Below are positions 59,456 through 62,597 of a DNA stretch of 62,597 nucleotides, one piece after another. The notes under the pieces were generated by a model. That model did not search any database. It was not told the DNA's origin and saw only the letters and a list, made by a program, of their open reading frames with translations. Location: the NCBI GenBank assembly GCA_041599275.1, contig JBFHWX010000002.1:1-62597 (forward strand), read 5' to 3'. Within the stretch, counting starts at the first letter, position 1, and each line of letters starts with the position of its first letter. This DNA is from Desulfobulbales bacterium. GTDB taxonomy: Bacteria; Desulfobacterota; Desulfobulbia; Desulfobulbales; BM004. The translations under genes were made by a program, and so were the position numbers.

Positions 59456-61687
59456 ATGGCTTCGTTCTTTCCCTTTTTCAACTGGTTCCGCGACTACGAC
59501 CGCACGCAGCTGCGGGCCGATCTGGTGGCCGGGCTGACCGTCGCCCTGGTGCTCATTCCCCAGTCCATGGCCTATGCCCAGCTGGCCGGACTGCCGTCCT
59601 ATTACGGACTCTACGCCGCCTTTTTGCCGCCCATGGTGGCGGCTCTTTTCGGCTCCAGCCGGCTCTTGGCCACCGGCCCGGTGGCCGTGGTGTCGCTGAT
59701 GACCGCCGCCTCCCTCGAGCCTCTGGCCACCGCGGGTTCGGCCGCCTATATCGGTTACGCCGTGACCCTGGCGCTGCTGGTCGGCTTGTTCCAGCTTCTG
59801 CTCGGCGTGCTGCGCCTGGGCCTGGTGGTCAACTTCCTCTCCCACCCGGTGGTGAACGGGTTTACCAACGCGGCGGCGCTCATCATCGCCACTTCCCAGC
59901 TCTCGAAGATTTTCGGGGTCGACGCGGCACGAGCGGAACACCACTACGAGACAGTCTTCCGGGTCCTGCGGGCTGCCTTCCACGAAACCCACTGGCCGAC
60001 CCTCGGCATGGCGCTGCTGGCCATCCTCATCATGGCCTCCGCCAAGCGGTTCAGCCCGAAAATACCCGGGGTGCTGCTGGCAGTGGCGGCCACCACGCTG
60101 CTTTCCTGGTCGACCGGTTTCGAGCGCAGCCGGCAGATCTCTGTCGATGAGATCGGTTCCATCGAGCTGCGGCAGCGGATCGAGGCTTACAACCAAGGTG
60201 CTGCCGAGCTGAAAAAAATCACCGAGCAGCGCCGGCTTCTTGCCGAAGAGAAGAGCGCCATGGCCGCGCCCGCCGACCTTGCCGGCAAAACGGCTCTGCT
60301 CGAGATTACGCACCGGCTGGCCCAGGTCGATCTGCAGCTCGAGGAGGTAAAGGCGGCTCGCAGCGGGCTGCGGGACGAGCTGAGGAAGCTTGTTTTGGTG
60401 GCGGGGGAGGATGCTCACAACCAGGCGACTTTCTTTCTCCGCCGGGAGCTGCCGGAGGCAAAGGGCCCGGCCTGGCATCTGGCGGTGGGCTCGGGCTCCC
60501 TCGACCCGGCGGCGTTGTCGCTTGCCGCCGGCGGCGCGGTGGTGGGCTCGGTGCCCAAGGGGTTGCCCGGCCTCGAGGTGCCGTCTTTTGATCTGGCCAC
60601 TCTGGTCGAGCTCCTGCCCTATGCGGTGATCATCTCGCTGCTTGGCTTCATGGAGGCCATCTCCATCGCCAAGGCGATGGCGGCCCGCACCGGCCAGAAG
60701 CTCGACGCCAGCCAGGAGCTGATCGGCCAGGGGCTTGCCAACATCGCCGGCGCTCTTTCCAGCAGCTACCCGGTCTCCGGCTCCTTCTCGCGCTCCGCGG
60801 TCAATCTGCAGGCCGGTGGCCGGACCGGGCTTTCCAATATTTTTTCCGCCCTCATCGTGGTGCTCACCCTGCTCTTCTTCACGCCGCTGCTCTACCACCT
60901 GCCCCAGGCGGTGCTGGCGGCGGTGATCATGATGGCGGTGATCGGCCTCGTCAACTTCCGGGCCACGGTCCACGCCTGGAAGACCCAACCCCATGACGGC
61001 CTGATCGCGGTGGTCACCTTTTTCGCCACTGTCTACTTTGCCCCCCACCTCGACCGCGGCATTCTGCTCGGCGTGGGGCTTTCGGCGGCGGTTTTTCTCT
61101 ACCGGCGCATGCGGCCAAAGGTCACCACCCTGGCCATGGGGCCGGACGGGGTGCTCGCCTGCGCCGCCGACAGCCGGCTGCGGCTCTGCCGCCACATCGC
61201 CGCGGTGCGCTTCGACGGCACGCTGTTTTTCGCCAACGCCAGCTACCTCGACGAGCAGATCTTCCGGATCCGTTCGGCAAACCCGCAGCTTGCCCACATC
61301 CTGCTGGTGGCGGAAGGGATAAACGACATGGACTCTTCGGGCGAGGAGGCACTCTCGCTCCTGGCCGGCCGGTTGCGGGCTGCCAGGATCGGCTTTTCCC
61401 TCTGCCGGGTGAAGGAGAACGTGCTGGCGGTGATGAGCCGCTCGGGGCTTCTTGCCAGGATCGGCCCGGCCAACCTCTACCCCAGCGAGGAGGCGGCGCT
61501 CGCGGCCATCATCCCGACCATCCACGAGCGGGCCACCGCCAGGAAGTGCCGGGTCTGCCCGCTGCTGCAGCACGCGCCGGCGCCGGCGGATATTGCCCAA
61601 TCGGCCGCGGTCGCCGGTCTGGCCGAAGGCAATCCGGTCCGGGCGGTGGTCGACAAGCTGGTCAGTGCCCTGGCCGCCAGTGCCTGA
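59456..61687 (+). CDS. SulP-family inorganic anion transporter with STAS domain and a large internal insertion
   Basis: Lies within ORF 59357..61687, starting at the ATG at 59456 (MASFFPFFNWFRDYDRTQLRADLVAGLTVALVLIPQSMAYAQLAGLP). It also has a C-terminal STAS-like domain. Confidence 0.9.
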   Translation: MASFFPFFNWFRDYDRTQLRADLVAGLTVALVLIPQSMAYAQLAGLPSYYGLYAAFLPPMVAALFGSSRLLATGPVAVVSLMTAASLEPLATAGSAAYIGYAVTLALLVGLFQLLLGVLRLGLVVNFLSHPVVNGFTNAAALIIATSQLSKIFGVDAARAEHHYETVFRVLRAAFHETHWPTLGMALLAILIMASAKRFSPKIPGVLLAVAATTLLSWSTGFERSRQISVDEIGSIELRQRIEAYNQGAAELKKITEQRRLLAEEKSAMAAPADLAGKTALLEITHRLAQVDLQLEEVKAARSGLRDELRKLVLVAGEDAHNQATFFLRRELPEAKGPAWHLAVGSGSLDPAALSLAAGGAVVGSVPKGLPGLEVPSFDLATLVELLPYAVIISLLGFMEAISIAKAMAARTGQKLDASQELIGQGLANIAGALSSSYPVSGSFSRSAVNLQAGGRTGLSNIFSALIVVLTLLFFTPLLYHLPQAVLAAVIMMAVIGLVNFRATVHAWKTQPHDGLIAVVTFFATVYFAPHLDRGILLGVGLSAAVFLYRRMRPKVTTLAMGPDGVLACAADSRLRLCRHIAAVRFDGTLFFANASYLDEQIFRIRSANPQLAHILLVAEGINDMDSSGEEALSLLAGRLRAARIGFSLCRVKENVLAVMSRSGLLARIGPANLYPSEEAALAAIIPTIHERATARKCRVCPLLQHAPAPADIAQSAAVAGLAEGNPVRAVVDKLVSALAASA

Positions 61688-61697
61688 ATTTTTTTGA

Positions 61698-62597
<900 letters not shown>

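Overview
This is a GC-rich bacterial chromosomal core region. The gene content (two-CW-type histidine kinases, monomeric isocitrate dehydrogenase, PFOR, BamA, fused IspDF) suggests a Desulfobulbales-like deltaproteobacterium; that is inference only. I call 46 protein-coding genes (two truncated by the window edges), 2 tRNAs, RNase P RNA, several intrinsic terminators, two tRNA promoters, and dnaA preceded by an AT-rich stretch with a perfect DnaA box (candidate oriC). Most genes are housekeeping: typA, mfd, bamA, znuCB-like, plsC, icd, htpG, pcm, ychF, nfo, surE, ispDF, bioB/F/HC, pcnB, hisS, aspS, purC/E and PFOR. I saw no CRISPR array, transposase, integrase, phage gene or recognisable defence or toxin gene, and I found no convincing novel multi-gene system. 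The most unusual signal is non-coding: a ~220-nt repeat family. Two copies are clear and one is a diverged candidate; all three are on the + strand and upstream of + strand genes. The clear copies have 13-15 bp terminal inverted repeats and three helices whose substitutions stay paired only on the + strand. This fits a candidate structured RNA or a MITE-like element. Secondary observations are listed below.
- Two orphan histidine kinases share a Cys-rich two-CW-like module at different positions, and one also carries periplasmic CxxCH motifs.
- The purC leader is structured and ends in an intrinsic terminator.
- A BioH-like esterase is fused to BioC.
- The SulP transporter carries a ~140-aa coiled-coil-like insertion.
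- rnpB sits directly downstream of a Nif3 / zinc-ribbon / RNase H cluster.
The many long ORFs antisense to real genes are treated as GC-rich artefacts.
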